A DNA stretch of 64,000 bases from Phycisphaerae bacterium (lineage in GTDB: Bacteria; Planctomycetota; Phycisphaerae; UBA1845; PWPN01): assembly GCA_012719955.1 (NCBI GenBank), contig JAAXZI010000165.1, positions 8,611-72,610 on the forward strand. Direction: 5' to 3'. The translations under genes and the position numbers were made by a program. The notes below the pieces were generated by a model that ran no database searches, was not told the DNA's origin, and saw only the letters and a list, made by a program, of their open reading frames with translations. Positions within the stretch are counted from its first letter, which is position 1. Each line of letters begins with the position of its first letter. Positions 56,469 to 64,000 of the stretch are shown piece by piece.

Positions 56469-57739
56469 GCCATCTTCTCCTGTTCGAAACCCCTGCCTGC
56501 CCGTCTGGCAGTCCAGGCCCGCTGATAGACTTCCATGGCCGCGGGGAACGGTTGTAGGGCCCGTTCAAACAAGCCCAGACTGTAGGAGATCACCAGCCCG
56601 TAATTCGTGATGGGCACGCCCGCCTGCCGGCAGCGCAGGATGCGCGTGAGCACTTCGCGTCGGTTGGTCATACACGCTCCGCAATGGATGACCAGCTTGT
56701 AGGGGGACAGGTCCTCCGGAAAATCGTGGCCCTGCACGTGCTCGAATTTCAGCTCGCCGCCCACGTACTGCGTGAGCCAGCGTGGGATCTTGACCCGGCC
56801 GATGTCCTCGGCAATGGGATGATGGGAGCAGGCCTCGGCCACCAGAACGCGGTCGCCGGCCCGCAGCACATCCACCGCCAGCGTGCCCTCCACCTGCGCG
56901 GCCAAGTCGCCTTTGAAGCGGGCAAAGAGAATGGAGAAGCTGGTCATGGGGATTTCCGGCGGCGTGTCGGCAGCCACCTTGAGGAAGGCTTGAGAGTCAG
57001 TTACCACCAGGGCGGGCGGCTCGGAGAGCATCTCCAGCGCCCGGGGCAGTTCGCGCTCCTTGACCACCATGCAGAACGCGTCGTGATCGAGCAGATCGCG
57101 GATGGTCTGAACCTGAGGCAAAATCAGCCGGCCCCGCGGGGCCTCCTTGTCGATGGGCACGACCAGGACAGCCGCCCGGCCCGGCGGTACCAGGTCGGCC
57201 AGAATGGTCGGGTTGTTCACGAAATCGGCCGGGGCCACATCCAGCAGGGCCTGGCGGAAATCAAGCATGCCCTCGCCCCGGCTGGCCGCGGTCCGCACCA
57301 GCCTCACGTTCAGCCCGGTCAGCTTTTGCACCAGCTCCGGGTCGGGCGCCGCCAAGTCGATCTTGTTGAACACGACCACCACCGGCACGTTCCGCTTGCG
57401 CAGCTCCGCGAGCACCTGATCCTCAAATGCCCCCCACGCGCCGGCTTCGGCCACGATGACCCCCAGATCGGTACGATCCAGCACCTGGCAGGTCTTACGC
57501 ACGCGCAAAGCGCCAAGCGCGCCCTCATCGTCCACGCCGGCGGTATCGATGAAGAGCACCGGCCCCAGCGGCAGCAGCTCCATGGGCTTCTCAACGGGGT
57601 CGGTCGTGGTGCCCGCGAACTCGGACACGATCGACACCTGCTGGCGCGTGACGGCGTTGAGCAGGCTCGACTTGCCGACGTTGCGACGGCCAAAGAGGCC
57701 GATGTGCAAACGCAGGCTCCGGGGAGTTGAGCGATTCAT
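56462..57739 (-). CDS. hydF: [FeFe]-hydrogenase maturation GTPase HydF
   Basis: GRRNVGKSSLLNA P-loop, DTAG, NKID. C-terminal EACSHH...HCGACM cluster-binding motifs. AAGGAGA RBS. Confidence 0.92.
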   Translation of the reverse strand: MNRSTPRSLRLHIGLFGRRNVGKSSLLNAVTRQQVSIVSEFAGTTTDPVEKPMELLPLGPVLFIDTAGVDDEGALGALRVRKTCQVLDRTDLGVIVAEAGAWGAFEDQVLAELRKRNVPVVVVFNKIDLAAPDPELVQKLTGLNVRLVRTAASRGEGMLDFRQALLDVAPADFVNNPTILADLVPPGRAAVLVVPIDKEAPRGRLILPQVQTIRDLLDHDAFCMVVKERELPRALEMLSEPPALVVTDSQAFLKVAADTPPEIPMTSFSILFARFKGDLAAQVEGTLAVDVLRAGDRVLVAEACSHHPIAEDIGRVKIPRWLTQYVGGELKFEHVQGHDFPEDLSPYKLVIHCGACMTNRREVLTRILRCRQAGVPITNYGLVISYSLGLFERALQPFPAAMEVYQRAWTARRAGRGFEQEKMAC

Positions 57740-57818
57740 CGCGTCTCCTTCTCGATGGGAAACAGGCGCTGATGGAACACAGTCAACCTCATGACAACAC
57801 GCCTTCGGTCACCTGCTT

Positions 57819-59231
57819 TCACACGAACACGTCCCGGCCGCCGATCCTCACCTTCGTTACCAGCTTCTCGGCGATTTGCCGGCCGCGGGGGTCCATCTCC
57901 CCCATCGCGGCCTGGATGCGCGCCTCGCCGGCCTGGCGCGTGGGCCCGGAGGCGTAGTCGCACAGGTATTCCTGGAACGTGGAGAGAGCGTTGGGATCGC
58001 AGTGATGTTTGATCTCCCCCGGCTTGGCCAGATCCATGAAGTCCTGACCGGTCCGGCCCAGGCGATAGCACGCGGTGCAGAAGGAGGGAATGTAGCCCAG
58101 TTCCGCGACATCGCGCACGACCTCGTCCAGCGGACGGTGATCGCCCAGGGCGAATTGCTCGGTGGCCTCGCCTTCACCTTCCTCATAACCGCCGGGGTTG
58201 GTCCGGCTGCCGGCGGAGATCTGAGAGACGCCCAGGGCGAAGGTCTCCCGGCGAATGGCGGGCGACTCGCGCGTGGACATGATGATGCCGGTGTACGGAA
58301 CGGAGATCCGCAGAATAGCGACGATCTTGAGAAAGTCGATATCGCTGACCGACTGCGGCGGGCGCCCGGCCAGTGGCGCGCCCAGGGCCGGCTCGATCCG
58401 CGGGACGCTGATGGTATGCGGGCCGACGCCGAACTTCTCTTCCAGGTGGCGGATATGCTGCATCAGGGCCAGGATCTCGAAGCGCCAGTCGGCCAGTCCG
58501 AACAGCACGCCCATGCCCACGTCATCGATGCCCGCTTCCATGGCCCGGTCGAAGGCCGAGATCCGCCAATCGTAATCGCGCTTCCTGCCGGCCACGTGCA
58601 CCCGTGAATACACCTCCCGGTGGTAGGTCTCCTGGAAGAGCTGATAGGTGCCGATGCCGGCGGCTTTGAGTTGCCTGAACTGATCCAGGGTCAGCGGGGC
58701 GACGTTGGCGTTCACGCGGCGGACCTCGCCGGGACCGACTTTGGTGTCATAAATGGTCGCGATGGCCTTGAGTATGTAATCGAAGCCTTCCTCCGCGGGG
58801 TAAGCTTCGCCGGCCACCAGCAGGATGCGCTTGTGGCCCTGGCGGATGATGAGCTCGGTTTCGCGGGCGATCTCGGCCTGGGTGAGAGCCCGCCGTCGAA
58901 GGGCCTTGTTCCCGGCCCGGAAGGCGCAATACAGGCACTCGTTGCCGCACAGGTTGGAGATGTAGAGCGGGGCAAACAGCACCAGCCGCTTGCCGTAGAT
59001 TTCCTCCTTGACCCGCCGGGCGGTGGCGAACAGCTCATTCAACAGGCCCGGGTCGCTGAGGTTCATCAATACGGCCATCTCTTCAGGTTCGAGCCCCTTG
59101 AGGGCCAGGGCCTTGGTCAATATCTCGCGCACCTGCGACGCGTCACACCGGCGGCTTTGCGCCAGCGTGTGCTCGATCTTCTCGTAATTGATCGGTACTG
59201 TCTCGACGTTGCGCGTTACCACTGCGTTCAT
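57819..59231 (-). CDS. hydG: [FeFe]-hydrogenase maturase HydG (radical SAM tyrosine lyase)
   Basis: NLCGNECLYCAF radical-SAM motif and the C-terminal CTACYR...HHCDPN auxiliary cluster motif. Confidence 0.92.
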   Translation of the reverse strand: MNAVVTRNVETVPINYEKIEHTLAQSRRCDASQVREILTKALALKGLEPEEMAVLMNLSDPGLLNELFATARRVKEEIYGKRLVLFAPLYISNLCGNECLYCAFRAGNKALRRRALTQAEIARETELIIRQGHKRILLVAGEAYPAEEGFDYILKAIATIYDTKVGPGEVRRVNANVAPLTLDQFRQLKAAGIGTYQLFQETYHREVYSRVHVAGRKRDYDWRISAFDRAMEAGIDDVGMGVLFGLADWRFEILALMQHIRHLEEKFGVGPHTISVPRIEPALGAPLAGRPPQSVSDIDFLKIVAILRISVPYTGIIMSTRESPAIRRETFALGVSQISAGSRTNPGGYEEGEGEATEQFALGDHRPLDEVVRDVAELGYIPSFCTACYRLGRTGQDFMDLAKPGEIKHHCDPNALSTFQEYLCDYASGPTRQAGEARIQAAMGEMDPRGRQIAEKLVTKVRIGGRDVFV

Positions 59232-59337
59232 CTTTGAAATCCTTCCTGTCTATTCGCGGGAAAAGATTCCCGCTTCATGCGGGGTGCGAAAAACAACTCT
59301 CGCAACCACCGCCTGGGAGTCTCGCATCAGCCCGGAG

Positions 59338-59479
59338 CCTTCTCCTTGCCCCTCGTCCTCTTGTCTCCTTGTCCCCTTGTCGGCGTATCGCCTGAACGGC
59401 CGGTACGGAGCCCGGCCGCTACAGGGGTGGGACGGAGCCCGGCTGCTACCTCTTACAAGTAGCTGCTACCACCTACAGG
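59338..59479. repeat. composite repeat block: pyrimidine-rich copy of the zwf repeat (59338-59381), REP-A copy 5 (59397-59425), and two degenerate REP-A units (59426-59479)
   Basis: Exact 22-mer shared with 1621-1642 (reverse complement). CGGCCGGTACGGAGCCCGGCCGCTACAGG. The following GGTGGGACGGAGCCCGGCTGCTACC and CTACAGG units decay progressively. Confidence 0.8.
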
Positions 59480-60636
59480 TACTCAACGGTCACCAGCTTT
59501 CCGGCACGGCGCAGCTTCTCCGCCAGCAGGGGCACGATGTTTTCACGGTGCAGGATGCCCCGCTGTCGGAAGGCAATGTTGTCGTGATCGGCGTTCCGCT
59601 TTCTGCCGACGAGGAACAGCACGCGATCGGCCTCCCGGAGCAGCTCGCACAAGCGGCTCACGCCGGTGGCCTTCTCGTACTTGCCGGGATCTTCGTCGAT
59701 GATGTTGTACGCCTGGTTGAGCGTCACCGCTCCTTCAGTGGCCAGGTCCACGTCCTTGAGCACGTAATCGGGCGGAGCAATCAGGCTGCTGGCCTCCTGG
59801 CGCACGGCCACACTGGTGTGCGTGTGGCGGGCAACGATTTTGGCGGTCGTGCCCCCGCATACCACCTTCCGCCCTTCCAGACTCATGAACCGCCGCACCA
59901 CCGCACCGTCGTCCTCCTCGTCGGCGGGCGGGCCGGTCAATACGTTGACGATGCGGCCCTGGCGGCAGCGAGCCAGCAGCACCGTACAGTCGTCTCCCTG
60001 GGCCAGCCGTCCGGGTTCTTCCGAAAGGTTCTGGGCCTGGAAATGCACCGAGGCGGACAGCTTATCCAGGGGCAGGCCGGTGCTGAGTTTCCCATTGATG
60101 TAACGGCATGCGCCCTCGATGCCCCAGCCCTCCGCATAACCGGCGCCCAGCCCCGCCTGGGTGACGCCGTCGCTGACCAGCATCAGGGCCTCACCAGGCT
60201 CGACGTAACAGTCGGACTCATGCACCAGCGCATTGTCCAGCAGCAGCGTCCGGTGCGGCAGGACGGTGGCGAACTTCTTGGCGCTGATCACGATGGCCGG
60301 CGGCATCTCGTACGAGAGCACCGTGGTCTCACCGTCGTTGGCGATCCGGGCGATGGTAAAGCAGGCGTAGGGCAGGTCGCTGCCCCGGATCCCGGCCATG
60401 GTGCCGGCCACGCCGGCCATGGCTTCGCGCAGCGAGTAGTCGCGGCGCAGCAGCTCGTGAAGCCGCGAGACGGTCATGGTCGCCGCCACGTTGGCCCTGA
60501 TGCCGGAGCCGATCCCGTCACAGCAGATGATGGTTGTGCCGCGAACCGTGCGTTCCCAGGACACCACGTCGCCGCACAAGCCACCAACCCGCCGGGGGCT
60601 CTGGCATGCGTCTATTTCGACGTGTACATATCCCAT
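59473..60636 (-). CDS. SpoIIE/PP2C-like serine phosphatase with an uncharacterised C-terminal domain (HfsC-like)
   Basis: GDVV...CCDGIGSG...CFTIARI...GEALMLVSDGV follows the SpoIIE/PPM pattern. Overlaps the hydS end by 25 nt. Confidence 0.75.
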   Translation of the reverse strand: MGYVHVEIDACQSPRRVGGLCGDVVSWERTVRGTTIICCDGIGSGIRANVAATMTVSRLHELLRRDYSLREAMAGVAGTMAGIRGSDLPYACFTIARIANDGETTVLSYEMPPAIVISAKKFATVLPHRTLLLDNALVHESDCYVEPGEALMLVSDGVTQAGLGAGYAEGWGIEGACRYINGKLSTGLPLDKLSASVHFQAQNLSEEPGRLAQGDDCTVLLARCRQGRIVNVLTGPPADEEDDGAVVRRFMSLEGRKVVCGGTTAKIVARHTHTSVAVRQEASSLIAPPDYVLKDVDLATEGAVTLNQAYNIIDEDPGKYEKATGVSRLCELLREADRVLFLVGRKRNADHDNIAFRQRGILHRENIVPLLAEKLRRAGKLVTVEYL

Positions 60637-62372
60637 ATCATGGGCCTTCCCTGAGGGGTCCGCGGATCGTTGGCATACTGGAGCAGGTTGCGGACCAGTT
60701 CCTCGCCGCGGGCCGTGCTCTCGCCGAGCAGCTTGGCGATCTGCTGGGCCATGGTGATCTGGTGCTCGAGCAGCTCGCGCGCCTGCCGGGCGGTCTGCGA
60801 TTGAAGCTGTTGCAGTTTCTCTTCGTTGGCCTGGCTGTGGGTGACGTTCACGAAGATACCGACGTACTGGCCTTCAGCCTCCAGCCGGTAGAGGATCTGG
60901 TGGCACAGCAGCTTGTACTTCTGATGGTGGACCGTGATGGAGACCGGCTCATGGCCATTTACGGCGAGCTGTTCAAAGGGCTCAGGGTCCATCAGGTACG
61001 AGATCTTTCGCCCGCACACCGCGTCTGAGCAGCAGAACATCTTCCGGAACGCCGCGTTCATGTGAATGATCTCGAACCGGTCGTTGAGAATCACGATGCC
61101 GTTGGGGCTGGTGTCGATGATGCGGTCGGTGCGCTGCTCGGCCAGCAGCCGCATGCGCGGAATGCACATCTCCGGCTCGGCCAGGCCGCGCAGGACGGCG
61201 ATGGCTTTCTCCCGGCAGCTCGAATAGCCGCAGGACCCGCAATTAAGCTGGTCCTCCACGCGGGCCTTGCCGGTCTTTTCGAGCACGGCCCGAATCTGTT
61301 CCTCGGTGAACTCCTCGCCGCCGGCGGTCGCGTCGGGAGCGAAGTTCTGGTTCAGCTCGACGCCCTCGACGAGCGACTCGGAACGGGCCGTCGGGGTGGA
61401 CTGGGCATAATCCAGCACGGCAGCGCGTTTGCCATAGAGATTGCCCCCGGCCGGCATGCCGGGCCCGTTCACACAGCCCTGGGCGCAGAACAGCGGTTCG
61501 ATCATCCGCGGGAAAGCGTCGTGACGAATGCCGTCCAGGGCCTCGGACACCTCTTCGAAGCCGCTGGGAGCGATGCACTCTTCGGCGAGCAGGTCGGTGT
61601 GCAGGGCGGCAGTTTTAGCCAGCCCGCCGGGCAGAGGGAAGAAGCGGGCGTGCCCGGCGGGGCTGGCGTCAAACCGACTCTCCTCGAGTTCCGCGAGCAC
61701 GATGTCTTCGCGCTCGAACCATTCCATCAATTCCTTGAAGGTCAGCACGCAGTGGACCAGCCGGCTGTGGCCGGGCCACTGGGCTTCCGCCTTCTTGGCT
61801 ACGCACGGGCCGATGAACACCACTTTGGTCCGCGGCCCCAGCGCGGCGCGGATCAGGCGGGCATGGGCAATCATGGGCGAGACCACCGGCACCAGGGCGT
61901 CAATCAGCTCCGGCCGGTACTTCTCCACGTAGCTCACCACCGCGGGGCAGGCGGTGCACACGTGCGGGCGCTCGGGTTCGGCGGCCACCACGCGGGCGGT
62001 CTGGGCGGCCACGTGAAACGCGCCCCTGGCGGTTTCGGCCACGTAGGAAAAACCCAGCTTCCGCAACGCGGAGGGCAATCGTTTCCACTCCCATTCGCTC
62101 CACAGGGCGGCAAAGGAGGGAGCCACACTGGCCGCCACCGGATCGCCCCCGGCCAGCAACCGCGCCGCCCGTTCGAGGTCGTTGCGGTAGGCCTTGGCCC
62201 CCTGCGGGCACTGGCGAATGCAGGTCCCGCAGGCGATGCACCGGCCCTCGTCAACGAACGCCTGTCCGTCGCGCACCCCGATGGCCTTCACCGGGCAGGC
62301 CCGCACGCACCGGTAGCAGTCCCGGCAGCGGGCCTTGTCCGTGAAGACGATCTGGGTGGTAGTGGGTTGCAT
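60612..62372 (-). CDS. hydS: sensory [FeFe]-hydrogenase-like protein (HydS/HfsB type): 2x[4Fe-4S] ferredoxin, H-cluster-like domain, Cys motif and PAS
   Basis: CRDCYRCVRACP and CIACGTCIRQCP. H-domain variants VCTACPAVV, GPCVAKKAEA, FCAQGCVNGPG. CGSCGYSSC. The C-terminal PAS region includes SPNGIVILNDRFEIIHMNAAFRKMF. I prefer the ATG at 62372 over the TTG at 62387. Confidence 0.85.
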   Translation of the reverse strand: MQPTTTQIVFTDKARCRDCYRCVRACPVKAIGVRDGQAFVDEGRCIACGTCIRQCPQGAKAYRNDLERAARLLAGGDPVAASVAPSFAALWSEWEWKRLPSALRKLGFSYVAETARGAFHVAAQTARVVAAEPERPHVCTACPAVVSYVEKYRPELIDALVPVVSPMIAHARLIRAALGPRTKVVFIGPCVAKKAEAQWPGHSRLVHCVLTFKELMEWFEREDIVLAELEESRFDASPAGHARFFPLPGGLAKTAALHTDLLAEECIAPSGFEEVSEALDGIRHDAFPRMIEPLFCAQGCVNGPGMPAGGNLYGKRAAVLDYAQSTPTARSESLVEGVELNQNFAPDATAGGEEFTEEQIRAVLEKTGKARVEDQLNCGSCGYSSCREKAIAVLRGLAEPEMCIPRMRLLAEQRTDRIIDTSPNGIVILNDRFEIIHMNAAFRKMFCCSDAVCGRKISYLMDPEPFEQLAVNGHEPVSITVHHQKYKLLCHQILYRLEAEGQYVGIFVNVTHSQANEEKLQQLQSQTARQARELLEHQITMAQQIAKLLGESTARGEELVRNLLQYANDPRTPQGRPMIWDMYTSK

Positions 62373-62378
62373 GGTAGA

Positions 62379-62526
62379 TTTCAGCAATCAGCTTTCAGCG
62401 ATCAGCGATCAGCTTTCAGCTTTGTAGCGGCCGGGCTCTGTACCGGCCGTTGTTCTGTAGCGGCCGGGCTCCGTACCGGCCGTTGTGTTCACGATGCCCA
62501 TGGCCGGTACGGAGTCCGGCCGTTAC
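62379..62526. repeat. intercistronic repeat cluster: simple TTTCAGC/RATCAGC tandem (62379-62422) followed by REP-A copies 6, 7 (direct) and 8 (inverted)
   Basis: 62423-62450 and 62456-62484 are tandem copies. 62502-62526 is the reverse complement, so copies 7 and 8 can pair over ~21 bp. Confidence 0.85.
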
Positions 62527-62542
62527 GTGTCGGCGACGACAC

Positions 62543-64000
62543 CTACTTCGGCTCCACGGCCACGGCTTCATCCAAAGCCTGGCAGGCGGCCTGGAAGGTG
62601 CACTTGTGTATGAGCTTGTCGCCCACCACCACGGTGGGGCCTTTGTCGCACTGCTCGAAGCAGAACGAAGCCTTCACGTCAACCACGTCCTGCAGGCCAC
62701 GTTCCTCAACGTGGCGGATCAGATTGTGCAGCAGCGTCTGGGCCCCGCGGACCATACAGTTGGTGCCCACACACACGCTGATATTCAGCTTGCTCCGATC
62801 ACCATCCACCAGCGAGAGGCTGGTGTCGGCGATGCGCCGCCGGCTGTGATAATGGGTGTGCAACAGCTCGTGGGCCCGCTCGCCGCCGATTTCACCCAGC
62901 TCCTCCCGGTAGAGTTCGCTGATGAAGTGGTTCTCCTGCGGCTTGTGCAGCTCGAGCATCTTGTCGGCCTCGTAGAGGCCCTCGGTGCGAAGCCGGCGGG
63001 GCTGGCGGTCGCGGTAGACCGGCTGGCCGGCGCCGCCGATGCAGCCGCCGGGGCAGGCCATCACCTCGATCAGGTCGTACGGGCTCTGCCCGGCCTTGAC
63101 CTGCTCGGCCACCTTGCGGGCGTTGGCCAGGCCGTGAACGACGGCCAGCCGCAGTTTCTGGCCGCCCACTTCCAATGTGGCCTCCCGAAGGCCCTCTTCG
63201 CCGCGAACAGCTTCGAAGTCCACCGAGTCAAGAGTCACGCCGGTCAGTTTCTCGACGGCGTAGCGCAACACGGCCTCGGTCACGCCGCCGGAGTTGCCGA
63301 AGATCACGCCGGCCCCGGTCTTGAAGCCGAAGGGCATGTCCAGCGATTCCGGCCGGAGCGTGTTGAACTTCAACCCGGCCTCTTCGATCATTCGGGCCAG
63401 TTCCTGCGTCGTCAGCACGTAATCCACGTCGCGGACACCGTCCTTCTGGAAGCGCGGGAGCTGAGCCTCGAACTTCTTGGCCGTGCACGGCATGATGGAC
63501 ACAATCACGAGGTCCTTCCGGTCCACGTTCAGCTTCGCCGGCAGCAGGTCCTTGGCCAGGGCGCCGAACATCTGCTGAGGACTCTTGCAGCTCGACAGAT
63601 GCGGCAGCAGGTCCGGGAAATACTGCTCCGCGAATTTCACCCAGCCGGGGCAGCAGGAGGTGAACTGCGGGATGTTCTTGGCCGCCTGTTTACGGGCGAT
63701 GAACTCGTTGGCCTCCTCGATGACGGTCAGGTCGGCGGTAAAGGAGGTGTCGTAGACGTAGTTGAAGCCCATGGCCTTGAGAGCGGCCACGATCTTGCCG
63801 GTCACCACCGTGCCGGGTTCGAGCCCGAAGGCTTCGCCCAGGCCCACGCGCACGGCCGGGGCAATCTGGGCCACGACCACTTTCCTGGGATTATCAAGCT
63901 CCTTCCAGACCTGCTCGACTTCAGACCTGGGCGTCAGCGCTCCGGTCGGGCAGACATTGGCACACTGTCCGCAGTAGACGCACTCGACGTCCTTGAGGTC
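62543..64000 (-). CDS. hydA: [FeFe]-hydrogenase catalytic subunit with a C-terminal thioredoxin-like [2Fe-2S] domain; 5' end beyond the window
   Basis: H-cluster motifs FTSCCPGW, MPCTAKKFEA and MACPGGCIGGAGQP. The frame stays open to nt 64000 (…ECVYCGQCANVCPTGAL…). The C-terminal CVGTNC…CFEQC is a NuoE-like pattern. Confidence 0.93.
   Translation of the reverse strand, partial: DLKDVECVYCGQCANVCPTGALTPRSEVEQVWKELDNPRKVVVAQIAPAVRVGLGEAFGLEPGTVVTGKIVAALKAMGFNYVYDTSFTADLTVIEEANEFIARKQAAKNIPQFTSCCPGWVKFAEQYFPDLLPHLSSCKSPQQMFGALAKDLLPAKLNVDRKDLVIVSIMPCTAKKFEAQLPRFQKDGVRDVDYVLTTQELARMIEEAGLKFNTLRPESLDMPFGFKTGAGVIFGNSGGVTEAVLRYAVEKLTGVTLDSVDFEAVRGEEGLREATLEVGGQKLRLAVVHGLANARKVAEQVKAGQSPYDLIEVMACPGGCIGGAGQPVYRDRQPRRLRTEGLYEADKMLELHKPQENHFISELYREELGEIGGERAHELLHTHYHSRRRIADTSLSLVDGDRSKLNISVCVGTNCMVRGAQTLLHNLIRHVEERGLQDVVDVKASFCFEQCDKGPTVVVGDKLIHKCTFQAACQALDEAVAVEPK

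Noticed and set aside
59338-62526. Whether the tandem REP-A units form a CRISPR array
   Set aside because: The units are adjacent or decayed copies with no unique spacers of regular length. There are at most three units per site and no cas genes in the window.
52737-62849. Antisense ORFs 52737-54644 (-), 55293-56456 (+), 56684-57730 (+), 59188-60654 (+) and 61062-62849 (+)
   Set aside because: They lie opposite the six-hairpin lipoprotein, hydE, hydF, the PP2C gene and hydS. Several simply read through REP-A copies (GRYGARPLQ peptides), which explains their length.
1-64000. Search by eye for tRNA (GGTTCGAATCC-type T-arms), rRNA, transposase or integrase genes
   Set aside because: None was recognised. 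A proper tRNAscan, Infernal or ISfinder run is needed to confirm their absence.

Overview
High-GC bacterial chromosomal segment. The long ORFs have GC-rich third codon positions, and nearly every real gene is shadowed by a long antisense ORF. Gene content points to an anaerobic, glycan-degrading, PVC-type (Planctomycetota-like) organism; this is inference from domain repertoire only. I support about 42 protein-coding genes:
- zwf-opcA
- two Gfo/Idh/MocA oxidoreductases (one Tat-exported) and a Tat-exported sugar-phosphate-isomerase-like protein
- nagB
- a Cache/HAMP histidine kinase plus a CheY-like regulator
- a GH29 fucosidase
- an alanine:cation symporter
- an S46 peptidase fused to DUF1080
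- ftsH
- a complete tad/cpa type IVc pilus locus (22.7-34.9 kb)
- a 1487-aa glycosidase with a C-terminal GH32 module
- an AbiEi/AbiEii toxin-antitoxin pair
- a beta-propeller/di-haem cytochrome c peroxidase fusion
- a BlaI/BlaR1-LRR signalling pair
- a [FeFe]-hydrogenase cluster, hydA - sensory hydS - PP2C phosphatase - hydG - hydF - hydE (55.2-64.0 kb, minus strand)

I recognised no rRNA, tRNA, CRISPR array, transposase or integrase.

The least ordinary signal is not a gene cassette but short repeats. There are three palindromic families (REP-A, REP-B, REP-C) and a purine-rich repeat. REP-A and the purine-rich repeat also sit inside coding sequences while keeping the reading frame (zwf, a Gfo/Idh/MocA oxidoreductase, and the N-terminus of hydE). 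This resembles the Rickettsia palindromic elements (RPEs) that are translated in-frame within genes. A 0.7-kb AT-rich gap next to ftsH, carrying two strong terminator-like hairpins on opposite strands, is a candidate small-RNA or leader region.

I could not demonstrate a wholly new multi-gene system from sequence alone. All motif coordinates were counted by hand and may be off by 1-2 nt.
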